From positions 1 through 52,733 of the forward strand of contig CAZTCT010000004.1 of the NCBI GenBank assembly GCA_964612415.1: a stretch of 52,733 nucleotides of DNA. Reading direction: 5' to 3'. The translations under genes and the position numbers were made by a program. The notes below the pieces were generated by a model, which ran no database searches, was not told the DNA's origin, and saw only the letters and a program-made list of their open reading frames with translations. Shown here piece by piece: positions 1-7,822 of the stretch (position 1 is its first letter; the number at the start of each line of letters is the position of its first letter). Source of the DNA: an uncultured Candidatus Saccharibacteria bacterium (GTDB taxonomy: Bacteria; Patescibacteriota; Minisyncoccia; Phycocordibacterales; CAYRGE01).

Positions 1-38
1 AAATTTAATAGTGGGGAAACACTGATTAATTACCATTT

Positions 39-1427
39 ATGAAAAGATTGATTTTCAGTATCGGAACAGTTTTGTTCGCTGGAGGTGCGATAGCTGTCGG
101 TGCGACAGGAGCGTTCTTCTCGGATACCGAGAATTCTGTAGGCAATACATTTGCCTCAGGAGCTATCGACCTTAAGGTGGACAACGAAAGTTTTTATAAC
201 GGACTTCTGAGCGCCACAACCACATGGGAAGCGACAGATCTCACCATTGAGAAATTCTTCGACTTCAATGACTTGAAGCCTGATGACTACGGCGAGGACA
301 CTATTTCGCTTCACGTAGATACGAACGATGCGTATCTCTGTGCGAATGTCACTCTCACATCCAACAACGACAACGGATGCACAGAGCCGGAAGGGCTCCT
401 AGACCAGACCTGTGACAATCCTGGCGAAGGGCAGGGAGAGCTCGCAAGTAATGTGAACTTCCTCTGGTGGGCAGATGATGGAGACAATGTGCTTGAAAAT
501 GACGAGACAGTCATCACGCAAGGTGCTATCGGCTCGCTCCCACTCAATCAGGCATATCCAATCGCACTTGCGGACTCTGACGAAAATATTTGGACAGGAG
601 TAGGTGGTCCAGTTGTTGGCGGTGGGGACTACTATATCGGTAAAGCATGGTGCTTTGGGACACTGACTCCCGCACCACTTACGCCAGGAGAGTATCCAGA
701 TGGTCCTGCTGGAGACAATGACGGTAATCAGACTGCGGGACAGCCTGAAGATGGAGGTATCCTCTGCGACGGCACAACTCTCGGCAACGAAACACAGACC
801 GACTCATTGACCGCCGATGTTTCTTTTGAAGCGGTACAAGCACGCAACAATCCAAACTTCCAGTGTGATGAGCCTGAGCTCGTGCGTGAATGTACAAATG
901 TAGAAGTGTACGCAGATGCGTTCTATGACGTAAATCAGGGAACTCGCAAGAACGGTACGCCAGTCCTTGCTGCACGCTCAAATGCAAACGCAGCACTTGG
1001 CGCACCGCAGTCACTTGGTACTCCGTATGACAATCCTCCACCTGCTGACAACAACTTCTTCTCGCTCGGATTTAAGAGCCTGCCAGTAGGGACGACTGCT
1101 ACTACTACACCAGGAGGTTCTGTCGTCCTCTCATTCCCAGGCAATGTTGTGGATGGGTCAGGAGCTGACCTCAAACTCTGGGAAGTAACTGGTGGTACCA
1201 ACTATCCTGACGAACTTGTGAAGGTTGAAGTATCCAACTCACTTGCAGGACCATGGACAGTCGTTGCTGCAAGCGTAACGCGCGACGCGGAGATTGATAT
1301 TGCGCCTGTGACATCCGCGAAGTATGTACGCATCACAGACATATCACCACCTGGGCCGTTTGAAGCTACTGCAGATGGATTTGATCTTGATGCGGTACAA
1401 GCACTCAACTGCGTATACCCTCTCTAA
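39..1427 (+). CDS. Secreted TasA/camelysin-family protein with SipW-dependent-type signal peptide and an extra C-terminal beta-sandwich-like domain
   Basis: 462-aa ORF. The N-terminus ...AIAVGATGAFFSDTENSVGNTFASGAIDLKV matches the SipW-cognate signal / TasA N-terminal motif. The core is paralogous to the next ORF (FDFNDLKPDDYG vs FDFDDVKPGDYG; QTDS..DVS..AV). Confidence 0.8.
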   Translation: MKRLIFSIGTVLFAGGAIAVGATGAFFSDTENSVGNTFASGAIDLKVDNESFYNGLLSATTTWEATDLTIEKFFDFNDLKPDDYGEDTISLHVDTNDAYLCANVTLTSNNDNGCTEPEGLLDQTCDNPGEGQGELASNVNFLWWADDGDNVLENDETVITQGAIGSLPLNQAYPIALADSDENIWTGVGGPVVGGGDYYIGKAWCFGTLTPAPLTPGEYPDGPAGDNDGNQTAGQPEDGGILCDGTTLGNETQTDSLTADVSFEAVQARNNPNFQCDEPELVRECTNVEVYADAFYDVNQGTRKNGTPVLAARSNANAALGAPQSLGTPYDNPPPADNNFFSLGFKSLPVGTTATTTPGGSVVLSFPGNVVDGSGADLKLWEVTGGTNYPDELVKVEVSNSLAGPWTVVAASVTRDAEIDIAPVTSAKYVRITDISPPGPFEATADGFDLDAVQALNCVYPL

Positions 1428-1472
1428 ACTAACTTAAGTGTGAGTCCCGCCTCGGCGGGTTAAGACAGACCA

Positions 1473-2519
1473 ATGGACAAAACACACACAACTATTTTTG
1501 CACGAAGCATCCTCGTATTGGGGATGCTTCTGCTTGTCTGGGTGGCGGCGGATGCGCGGGGCGCAGAGCCGGGGATTACCTTTGCGACCAATGGTATTGA
1601 TCTGAAGATTGATAGCACCGCGTTCTACAACGGCTCATTCTTCCCGACATCAAGCTGGTATCTCAAAGACTTGAATCCTTGGACGGATCACTTCTTTGAT
1701 TTTGATGATGTGAAGCCGGGTGACTACGGCAAGACCATCATCAGCATGCATGTGAAGAAGACCGATGCGTGGATGTGTCTTGATTTCAACAATTTGGAAT
1801 CAGAAGACAACGGACAGAACGAGCCAGAATTGCTGGACGACCCTGATGGCGATGCCGATGGAGAGCTTGCGGAGAATCTTTTCTTCTTCGCGTGGCAAGA
1901 TGACGGCGACAACAAGTTTGAAGTAGGGGAGACACCGCTCTTTGGCAACACTCCATTGCCTGCGACGCAAGTACTTGATGACAAGTCATATCCTATCGCT
2001 GACTACGGACATGGCAATTCCTGCCGTGAAGGTACGACACGATATGTCGGCATCGCATGGTGTGCTGGCGCGATGACGGTCAATCTCTCTACTGCGCAGA
2101 TATCGTGCGATGGCTCTGGTATGGACAATGCCGCACAGACCGACTCAATGTCGGTGGATGTGTCTATCCGCGCCGTGCCGACGAAACAAAATCCGAAGTT
2201 CGTGTGTAAGGACACATATACACACGACGACAAGGATGACGACCACAAAGGGGACAAAGATGATGACAAGGGTGGATACGGTGGGCACGGTGATGACGAC
2301 TACGACAAGCCTGACAAGCCAACGCAGCCTGACAAGCCAAATCAACCCACACAACCAACGCAGCCAAGCGAGCCAGATAAGCCGAACCAGCCTTGGCAGC
2401 CCAATCAACCCAGTCAGCCAAACCAGCCGACCCAACCGAGCCAACCAAGCAAGCCGTCAAATAATAGTTGGGGTGGAGATTTCTTTAAGAATTGGTTTTC
2501 TTGGGGAGGGAAGAAATAA
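1473..2519 (+). CDS. TasA-like paralog with ordinary A-x-A signal peptide and a C-terminal xQP/xKP tandem-repeat tail
   Basis: 348-aa ORF that aligns by eye with ORF 39..1427 over about 230 aa (GIDLKIDSTAFYNG, FDFDDVKPGDYG, WQDDGDN, AAQTDSMSVDVSIRAV). The N-terminus has a hydrophobic segment followed by ADARGA. The tail is DKPTQPDKPNQPTQPTQPSEPDKPNQPWQPNQPSQPNQPTQPSQPSKPS. Confidence 0.75.
   Translation: MDKTHTTIFARSILVLGMLLLVWVAADARGAEPGITFATNGIDLKIDSTAFYNGSFFPTSSWYLKDLNPWTDHFFDFDDVKPGDYGKTIISMHVKKTDAWMCLDFNNLESEDNGQNEPELLDDPDGDADGELAENLFFFAWQDDGDNKFEVGETPLFGNTPLPATQVLDDKSYPIADYGHGNSCREGTTRYVGIAWCAGAMTVNLSTAQISCDGSGMDNAAQTDSMSVDVSIRAVPTKQNPKFVCKDTYTHDDKDDDHKGDKDDDKGGYGGHGDDDYDKPDKPTQPDKPNQPTQPTQPSEPDKPNQPWQPNQPSQPNQPTQPSQPSKPSNNSWGGDFFKNWFSWGGKK
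2304..2459 (+). repeat. In-frame 9-nt (3-codon) tandem repeat encoding (D/T/N/S)(K/Q)P units
   Basis: Direct reading shows about 17 consecutive imperfect xQP/xKP triplets (cagcc/aagcc periodicity) inside ORF 1473..2519. Confidence 0.85.
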
Positions 2520-2525
2520 ACTGAT

Positions 2526-3062
2526 ATGAAAATTATCGCAAAAATATTTTACGGAATTTTCATCACACTCTTGGTGGGTGTCGCGCTGCTTTTCCTCGCG
2601 TCACTGCTTCCCATACCTGGCAATGTTGAACTTAAGATAGTGAAGTCAGGTTCTATGGAGCCTGCCATCATGACTGGTGGCATCGTGCTCATCAAGTCAT
2701 CAGATACATATGTTGTCGGAGACATCATCACTTTTGGCGAAGATTCTCGCGGCGAGATTCCTACAACGCACAGAATTATTTCTGTTCGCGAGAGCGGTAC
2801 GCAGACTTTTTACACTACGCAAGGTGATGCCAACGAAGACCCCGACCCACAAGAGACTCCAGGGCGTGAGGTGATAGGCAAAGTGCTCTTCACCATGCCG
2901 TACGCGGGTTTCGTGCTTGATTTTGCGCGCAAGCCACTGGGCTTTGTGCTCCTTATCGGTATCCCCGCGGGCATCATCATCTTAGATGAGCTTGCGCGCA
3001 TTGCGCAGGAGGTCCGAGATATGAGGCGCAAAAAGCGTGAAGCAGAAATAACACACACATGA
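2526..3062 (+). CDS. sipW: Signal peptidase I, SipW / archaeal-ER type (S26B)
   Basis: 178-aa ORF with an N-terminal TM segment, the Ser motif KSGSMEP, the His motif TTHRI, and GDANEDPD. A C-terminal TM segment is followed by a basic tail. It sits between genes that carry SipW-type signals. Confidence 0.85.
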   Translation: MKIIAKIFYGIFITLLVGVALLFLASLLPIPGNVELKIVKSGSMEPAIMTGGIVLIKSSDTYVVGDIITFGEDSRGEIPTTHRIISVRESGTQTFYTTQGDANEDPDPQETPGREVIGKVLFTMPYAGFVLDFARKPLGFVLLIGIPAGIIILDELARIAQEVRDMRRKKREAEITHT

Positions 3063-4330
3063 GCCACTCGTTGTACAAAACGACATATGTGCGTCCCAAC
3101 AAGACTGCCGACATCGCAGTGCGGCATGTGGTAGTGGCTGCGCCTGCTTCGCCAATGCCGAGGAAGAAGGCGAAGCAAAACTCTGGCGCATCACTCGGCA
3201 CATTTTTTGCAGCACTTATTTTGATGTTTGGTGCATACTCGCTTGCCAATGCGAGCTCTACAGTGTCGTACTTTGCAGATACCGAGAGATCTGTCGCCAA
3301 TGTATTGCAAGCGATGGGGGTAGGTCTCAGAGTTGATGACGATAAAGAAATTTTTGTATCACCAGGAGGTATCGGCGTGTTCCCCTCGCAAGTAGCGCTT
3401 GAAGACGAGAGCGGCCCACTGCAGTACAGGATATTTGCGGAGCAATCCAACAATCAGGCGCTTGAGAGCGTGACCGCATTTTGTGAAGCGCTTACCGCGT
3501 CTACCACGTCAGCCTTTTTGCCATACACAGGGCCACTGCTTAGTCTTGCCACAGGTACGACAACAGAGATGGGGGATTGGAGCTACGATGTGACTTTCTC
3601 CGAAGATGCACCGGGTATCATAGATGGCGATACATGTAAGCTTGATATGGTATATCGCGCATGGAGTCTTGGCGCGCAAGAAGGCACTGGCTATCAGGAC
3701 GAAGAGCGATTCTCCGTTATCGTACATGCAGTTGTTGCCGATGCGCGCGTACAAGAAGAGCAGCAGTTTGCACCGCTCGCATTTGTCGCACTCTTTGCGG
3801 AAGATACGGCGACAAGCACGACTGCTACAAGCACCGAAGAGACAGAAGAAGAAACTCCAAAAGAAGATAACGATGGCGGCTCAAACAACGCTCCACTACA
3901 AAGTGGCGGAGGTGGCGTACCTCCAGTAGACCCTGATCCAGATGACGAGACGCTTGATGACAAGAAGGATGATAAAGACACAGAGAAATCTGACACTGCT
4001 ACTACTACGGAAGAGGTTCAAGAAGAATCTGATACCGCGACGACTACAGACGAAGTAGCTGATGAGGAAGATGAGTCTTCGGATGAAGAAGTTGTCTCGT
4101 TTAGTCAGGAGATCGTGACGGACGAAGAAGTAGATGAAACGATAGTAGACGAAGGTGATTCTGGTGACGAGCAGGAACAAGAGCAAGAAGGCGAGACAGA
4201 GAGTGTGCAAGAAGAGACCCCTCCTGCAGATGATGAGACAAACACTCCTGAAGCGACAGATGATACTCCACAAGAGCAGGCACTTCCTCCAGAGCCGCAG
4301 CCGCTAGAAGACCAAGCTCCTGGGGAGTAA
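3059..4330 (+). CDS. SipW-signal protein (TapA-like accessory or minor subunit candidate) with a long hyper-acidic C-terminal tail
   Basis: 423-aa ORF. Its start overlaps the sipW stop (ATGA). A TM segment (LGTFFAALILMFGAYSLA) is followed by SYFADTERSVANVLQA, a SipW-type motif. The last ~170 aa are rich in D/E/T. Confidence 0.7.
   Translation: MSHSLYKTTYVRPNKTADIAVRHVVVAAPASPMPRKKAKQNSGASLGTFFAALILMFGAYSLANASSTVSYFADTERSVANVLQAMGVGLRVDDDKEIFVSPGGIGVFPSQVALEDESGPLQYRIFAEQSNNQALESVTAFCEALTASTTSAFLPYTGPLLSLATGTTTEMGDWSYDVTFSEDAPGIIDGDTCKLDMVYRAWSLGAQEGTGYQDEERFSVIVHAVVADARVQEEQQFAPLAFVALFAEDTATSTTATSTEETEEETPKEDNDGGSNNAPLQSGGGGVPPVDPDPDDETLDDKKDDKDTEKSDTATTTEEVQEESDTATTTDEVADEEDESSDEEVVSFSQEIVTDEEVDETIVDEGDSGDEQEQEQEGETESVQEETPPADDETNTPEATDDTPQEQALPPEPQPLEDQAPGE
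3801..4327 (+). other. Low-complexity, strongly acidic (D/E/T-rich) coding tail
   Basis: The translation reads EDTATSTTATSTEETEEETPKEDNDGG...DEEDESSDEEV...GDEQEQEQEGETES...; GA-rich codon runs also create spurious antisense ORFs. Confidence 0.8.
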
Positions 4331-4387
4331 ACAGCAGGATAAATTTTTTAGCACTTTCATCTATTCCGTGCTAAAAATATAAAGAAT

Positions 4388-5674
4388 ATGAATGCCGCGA
4401 AAAAGGTGGGCGGGCGCCTGGAGCAACTCCTTCTTTCTGTCAAAGTAGGGGTTTTTCTTGCGTTGCGACAAGTGAGGCGTGGTTCTATTTGGACCAACTT
4501 GCTCATCATTGCCATCATGATGTTCACCTTTTTGAACCTTGTGGTGGTAAGTGGTATCCTCGTCGGACTCATTGAAGGCATCGGACAATCTGTGAAGACC
4601 TATTACACCGGAGATATTATCGTCACGAATCTCAAAAGCCATACATATATTGAGCGAAGTCAGAATGTTATTGATACCATCAAGAAAAATGAAAATGTTA
4701 CCGCACTCTCTGCACGCTACCTTGAGAGTGGGACAGTACAGGAAGATTATAAGCAATTGACCAAGGCCTCCGAAGAACGGCGCATTGTCGGGGCGATATT
4801 TGCGGGGATCGATCCTGTAGAGGAAGATCAATTCTCTGGTCTCTCAAAACTTGTGGTAGAAGGACAGTATCTTGATGAGAATGACTATGATGAAGTGCTC
4901 ATCGGCGGACAGCTACTTTTCAAATATGCGGGCTTTGAATCAGAGGCATTCCCCGTGCTCACGCATACTGAAGTCGGGTCAAAAATACTTATCACCGTGA
5001 ATGGTGCTTCACGAGAAGTGACGGTGAAGGGCGTAGTGCGCAGCAAGGTAGATGAAATTGACCGACGCGTGTTCTTTACCGACAAGCAATTGCGGCAACT
5101 CATTGGACGGTACGATTACAATGTGGATGAGATATCCGTGCGCATCTTACCCGATGCTGATCCCAATCTTGTGAAGCAAGAATTGATTGACACTGGGATG
5201 GACACATATGCGAAAGTGCAGACAAACAAGGATGCTGAGCCGAAATTCGTCCAAGATATCAGACAGACATTCGCGATTCTCGGGAATGCGATTAGTTCTA
5301 TCGGACTTGCGGTAGCAGCGATTACAATATTCATCGTTATCTTCATTAATGCGATTACACGGCGCAAATATATCGGTATTCTCAAAGGTGTAGGAGTGGA
5401 GGGTGTAGCCATAGAGAGCGCATATATTTTCCAAGCGCTCTTCTATGCTGCGGTCGGTACGATACTCGGATGCATTTTGGTCTTTGGATTTCTCAAGCCA
5501 TACTTTGATGCGCATCCGATAGATTTCCCATTTAGCGATGGCATTTTGGTTGCGACAGTAGACGGCACACTCTTGCGCGTGGGCGTACTCTTCATCGCAA
5601 CGCTCATCGCAGGATACCTGCCAGCGCGCATTGTGGTGCGGCAGAATACGCTTGATGCCATCTTGGGCAGGTAA
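4388..5674 (+). CDS. ABC transporter permease, FtsX/MacB-type (4 TM plus a large extracytoplasmic loop)
   Basis: 428-aa ORF with TM1, a soluble loop of about 240 aa, then three C-terminal TMs. This is the typical FtsX-like layout, and the cognate ATPase follows directly. Confidence 0.8.
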   Translation: MNAAKKVGGRLEQLLLSVKVGVFLALRQVRRGSIWTNLLIIAIMMFTFLNLVVVSGILVGLIEGIGQSVKTYYTGDIIVTNLKSHTYIERSQNVIDTIKKNENVTALSARYLESGTVQEDYKQLTKASEERRIVGAIFAGIDPVEEDQFSGLSKLVVEGQYLDENDYDEVLIGGQLLFKYAGFESEAFPVLTHTEVGSKILITVNGASREVTVKGVVRSKVDEIDRRVFFTDKQLRQLIGRYDYNVDEISVRILPDADPNLVKQELIDTGMDTYAKVQTNKDAEPKFVQDIRQTFAILGNAISSIGLAVAAITIFIVIFINAITRRKYIGILKGVGVEGVAIESAYIFQALFYAAVGTILGCILVFGFLKPYFDAHPIDFPFSDGILVATVDGTLLRVGVLFIATLIAGYLPARIVVRQNTLDAILGR

Positions 5675-5681
5675 ATTACAT

Positions 5682-6365
5682 ATGATCAAAGCAAAAGAAA
5701 TAAAAAAAGAGTTCAAATCAGGAGGAGATACTATCTCTGTGCTCAATGGCATTGACCTTTCCATTGAGGCGGGAGAATTCGTGGCGATCATGGGCCCGTC
5801 AGGGGCGGGGAAGAGCACATTCCTCTATCAGCTTGGACTGCTCGATCGACCGACATCTGGATCCATTGTGATTAACGGTGTTTCAACAGAAGGCCTCTCA
5901 AATACGGATCGCACCAAGTTTCGCCTAGACAATCTTGGCTTTGTGTTCCAAGACTATGCGCTCTTGCCGGAGCTCACTGCCGCAGAAAATATTTACATAA
6001 CACTTCTCATGAAAGGGGAGTCTCGCAAAGCTGCCTTCAAAAAAGCATGTGATGTGCTCGCGGAAGTCGGGCTTGATCATCGGGTAGGCAACTTGCCATC
6101 GCAACTCTCTGGGGGTGAGCAGCAGCGTGTGTCGCTTGCGCGTGCGGTGGTACACAATCCTGCTATTTTGTACGCGGACGAACCAACAGCGAGCCTTGAT
6201 TCGGAACGCTCTACGGAGATCATGGGGCTCTTCAAAAAGCTCAATGGCAAAGGGCAGACGATTGTCATGGTTACTCACGAACCAGAATATGCCGTGTACG
6301 CGAAGCGCCTGGTACAGATCAAAGACGGACAAATACTCTCTGACGAACGGCAAAAAGGCGTGTAG
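5682..6365 (+). CDS. ABC transporter ATP-binding protein (MacB/LolD-like)
   Basis: Walker A GPSGAGKST, signature LSGGEQQRVSLARA, Walker B ILYADEPT and the H-loop VTHE. I moved the start to the ATG at 5682 (MIKAKEIKKEF), 5 nt after the permease stop. Confidence 0.9.
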   Translation: MIKAKEIKKEFKSGGDTISVLNGIDLSIEAGEFVAIMGPSGAGKSTFLYQLGLLDRPTSGSIVINGVSTEGLSNTDRTKFRLDNLGFVFQDYALLPELTAAENIYITLLMKGESRKAAFKKACDVLAEVGLDHRVGNLPSQLSGGEQQRVSLARAVVHNPAILYADEPTASLDSERSTEIMGLFKKLNGKGQTIVMVTHEPEYAVYAKRLVQIKDGQILSDERQKGV

Positions 6366-6372
6366 CAAAAAT

Positions 6373-6402
6373 GAAAAGCCCGCGACATAGTCGCGGGCTT
6401 TT
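6373..6402. terminator. Bidirectional intrinsic terminator hairpin
   Basis: AAAAGCCCGCGAC-ATA-GTCGCGGGCTTTT lies between convergent genes. Confidence 0.8.
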
Positions 6403-6426
6403 TGAATGAGGGCGTGTGCTTTCTTT

Positions 6427-6708
6427 TTAGAAAACAAGGATTCGTTCAATATGCTGAGCGGTACTTCGTTCTGGTGCGCGTCTTTTTTCTGGAGTCTCTT
6501 CTGGGAGTGAGGATTTTCTTATTTCATCAAGTAAAATACTTGCCTGTGAAATAGTAATCTTCTTTCCCCCGTGGAGCTTTATGACGGTCTGTCGTGCCTC
6601 CTGCTTTGAGGCGAGTGTGTGACTTCTCCTCCTTTTCTTTCCGTGAGTGTACAGAATGCGAGCCTTTTTGTTTCCGTGACCGATTTTTAAAAACGCACTT
6701 TTTGACAT
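6427..6708 (-). CDS. Small basic hypothetical protein
   Basis: 93-aa ORF rich in K/R (GHGNKKARILYTHGKKRRRSH). It is flanked by terminators. I recognised no family. Confidence 0.45.
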   Translation of the reverse strand: MSKSAFLKIGHGNKKARILYTHGKKRRRSHTLASKQEARQTVIKLHGGKKITISQASILLDEIRKSSLPEETPEKRRAPERSTAQHIERILVF

Positions 6709-6802
6709 CGCACGTTCTCCTTGTTGTTAGCTTGAATGTACTAGAAACAGCTGCGCGTAATTATACTCTCTTCGATCCTTTTTTCAATAGACTCAGTGGA
6801 AA

Positions 6803-6840
6803 ATAAAGGCCCCGCTGTCTGTGCAGCGGGGCCGTAAAAA
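6803..6840 (-). terminator. Intrinsic terminator downstream of ORF 6854..7150
   Basis: GGCCCCGCTG-loop-CAGCGGGGCC with a T-run on the minus strand. Confidence 0.7.
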
Positions 6841-6853
6841 GTGAAATATATTC

Positions 6854-7150
6854 TTATGCGAATGCAGGATGTGCATGCTCCATGCGAGCATTGTCTTTGA
6901 GGGTTTCCTCAAGTCTCTGTTCTTGATACTCGATGAAGCATTGCTCGGAACAGGCCGGACGATATTTTGTTTTTCCATCCAGCTTGTACTCCGTGATCAG
7001 AATGAAAGGAGCACCTCGTTTGATCTCGGTATTACATCTTTCGTTGGCACAGATCCTTCGTCTGCCACGGTTGAATCTGAGCGGTGATGCGGTGAAGTAC
7101 GGTCTTGCCTGGTGTATATCCCCCTGATCCACTGAACGCTGTGTTTTCAT
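6854..7150 (-). CDS. Hypothetical protein with a putative 4-Cys zinc ribbon
   Basis: 98-aa ORF containing C-x4-C (CANERC) ... C-x3-C (CSEQC). It has its own terminator. Confidence 0.5.
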   Translation of the reverse strand: MKTQRSVDQGDIHQARPYFTASPLRFNRGRRRICANERCNTEIKRGAPFILITEYKLDGKTKYRPACSEQCFIEYQEQRLEETLKDNARMEHAHPAFA

Positions 7151-7174
7151 TCGAATTCTCCCTAACTATTCGTA

Positions 7175-7324
7175 TTTAGAAAATCCTATGAATCACCAGA
7201 AGCCGTTTCTGTAGCTACGGAACAGCCCTGGGCCAAATATGGTGATGGCGCCGATAACACCACACACCAATCCGATCATAACGCCCGACACAGTCGGGTA
7301 TAGTACCTCAGGTATGCTTGGCAT
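7175..7324 (-). CDS. Small (49 aa) single-pass membrane protein
   Basis: Not in the supplied ORF track (<60 aa). A strong SD (GAGGAGGGGGAAAT) precedes the ATG. Translation: MPSIPEVLYPTVSGVMIGLVCGVIGAITIFGPGLFRSYRNGFLVIHRIF. It lies just upstream of ORF 6854..7150. Confidence 0.4.
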
Positions 7325-7400
7325 ATTTCCCCCTCCTCTATATTTTCACCCAGTACAACTAATAAAAAACTGTATCACGAAATATTCTTTTGTCAAAAAG

Positions 7401-7425
7401 AAAACCGCCCCCGAAGGGCGGTTTT
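7401..7425. terminator. Intrinsic terminator hairpin
   Basis: AAAACCGCCC-CCGAA-GGGCGGTTTT, downstream of the DUF378 gene. Confidence 0.7.
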
Positions 7426-7447
7426 CCATGTAGCGCGCACGGTGAAT

Positions 7448-7672
7448 CTACATTGCTGGGGTACTGCTGCCCCCGCAGGTCTTGCAGTCTTTCTTGTGCG
7501 TGAACACCATATAGAGAGCTGAAAGACCGACTAAGATATAGACGATCTGTGCCACTATTGGCCATGAGCCGACAAGCATTTCTACGAGATTCCAATCACC
7601 GAGACCTACCAAGCCCCAGTTGATGCCGCCTACGATTACGAGAATAAACGTAACCATGTGTAGTGCTTTCAT
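7448..7672 (-). CDS. DUF378-family small membrane protein
   Basis: MKALHMVTFILVIVGGINWGLVGLGDWNLVEMLVG matches the DUF378 G-G-(I/L)-N-W-G-L-V-G signature. I moved the start to the internal MKAL. Confidence 0.7.
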   Translation of the reverse strand: MKALHMVTFILVIVGGINWGLVGLGDWNLVEMLVGSWPIVAQIVYILVGLSALYMVFTHKKDCKTCGGSSTPAM

Positions 7673-7780
7673 GTATTTGCGTATGAAAATTATGGGTAAG
7701 AACGACACGCGGTCCGACCAGAGCCGCTACATATAAGTATGGCGCAGTGGGGGAGGGAGTAAAGCAAATCTGTTGATAAG

Positions 7781-7806
7781 AAAAACCCCGCATTGCGCGG
7801 GGTTCA
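7781..7806 (-). terminator. Intrinsic terminator downstream of the P-loop-CYTH gene
   Basis: CCCCGC-ATTGC-GCGGGG with a T-run on the minus strand. Confidence 0.7.
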
Positions 7807-7822
7807 AAAAGAAGGAAAGGGT

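Noticed and set aside
2304-2459. A short-period DNA repeat array that could superficially suggest a CRISPR or minisatellite locus
   Set aside because: The period is 9 nt, it is in frame within a well-supported ORF (xQP/xKP codons), and it has no spacer-repeat organisation or leader. It is a coding low-complexity repeat.
3694-4283. Several antisense ORFs of 60-125 aa across the end of gene 3059..4330
   Set aside because: They are artefacts of the GA/GAA-rich acidic-tail codons read on the opposite strand. Their translations are low-complexity and they have no start signals.
5147-5818. 223-aa minus-strand ORF spanning the junction of the ABC permease and ATPase genes
   Set aside because: It is fully antisense to two genes with unambiguous ABC motifs. 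It has no recognisable domain, RBS or terminator.
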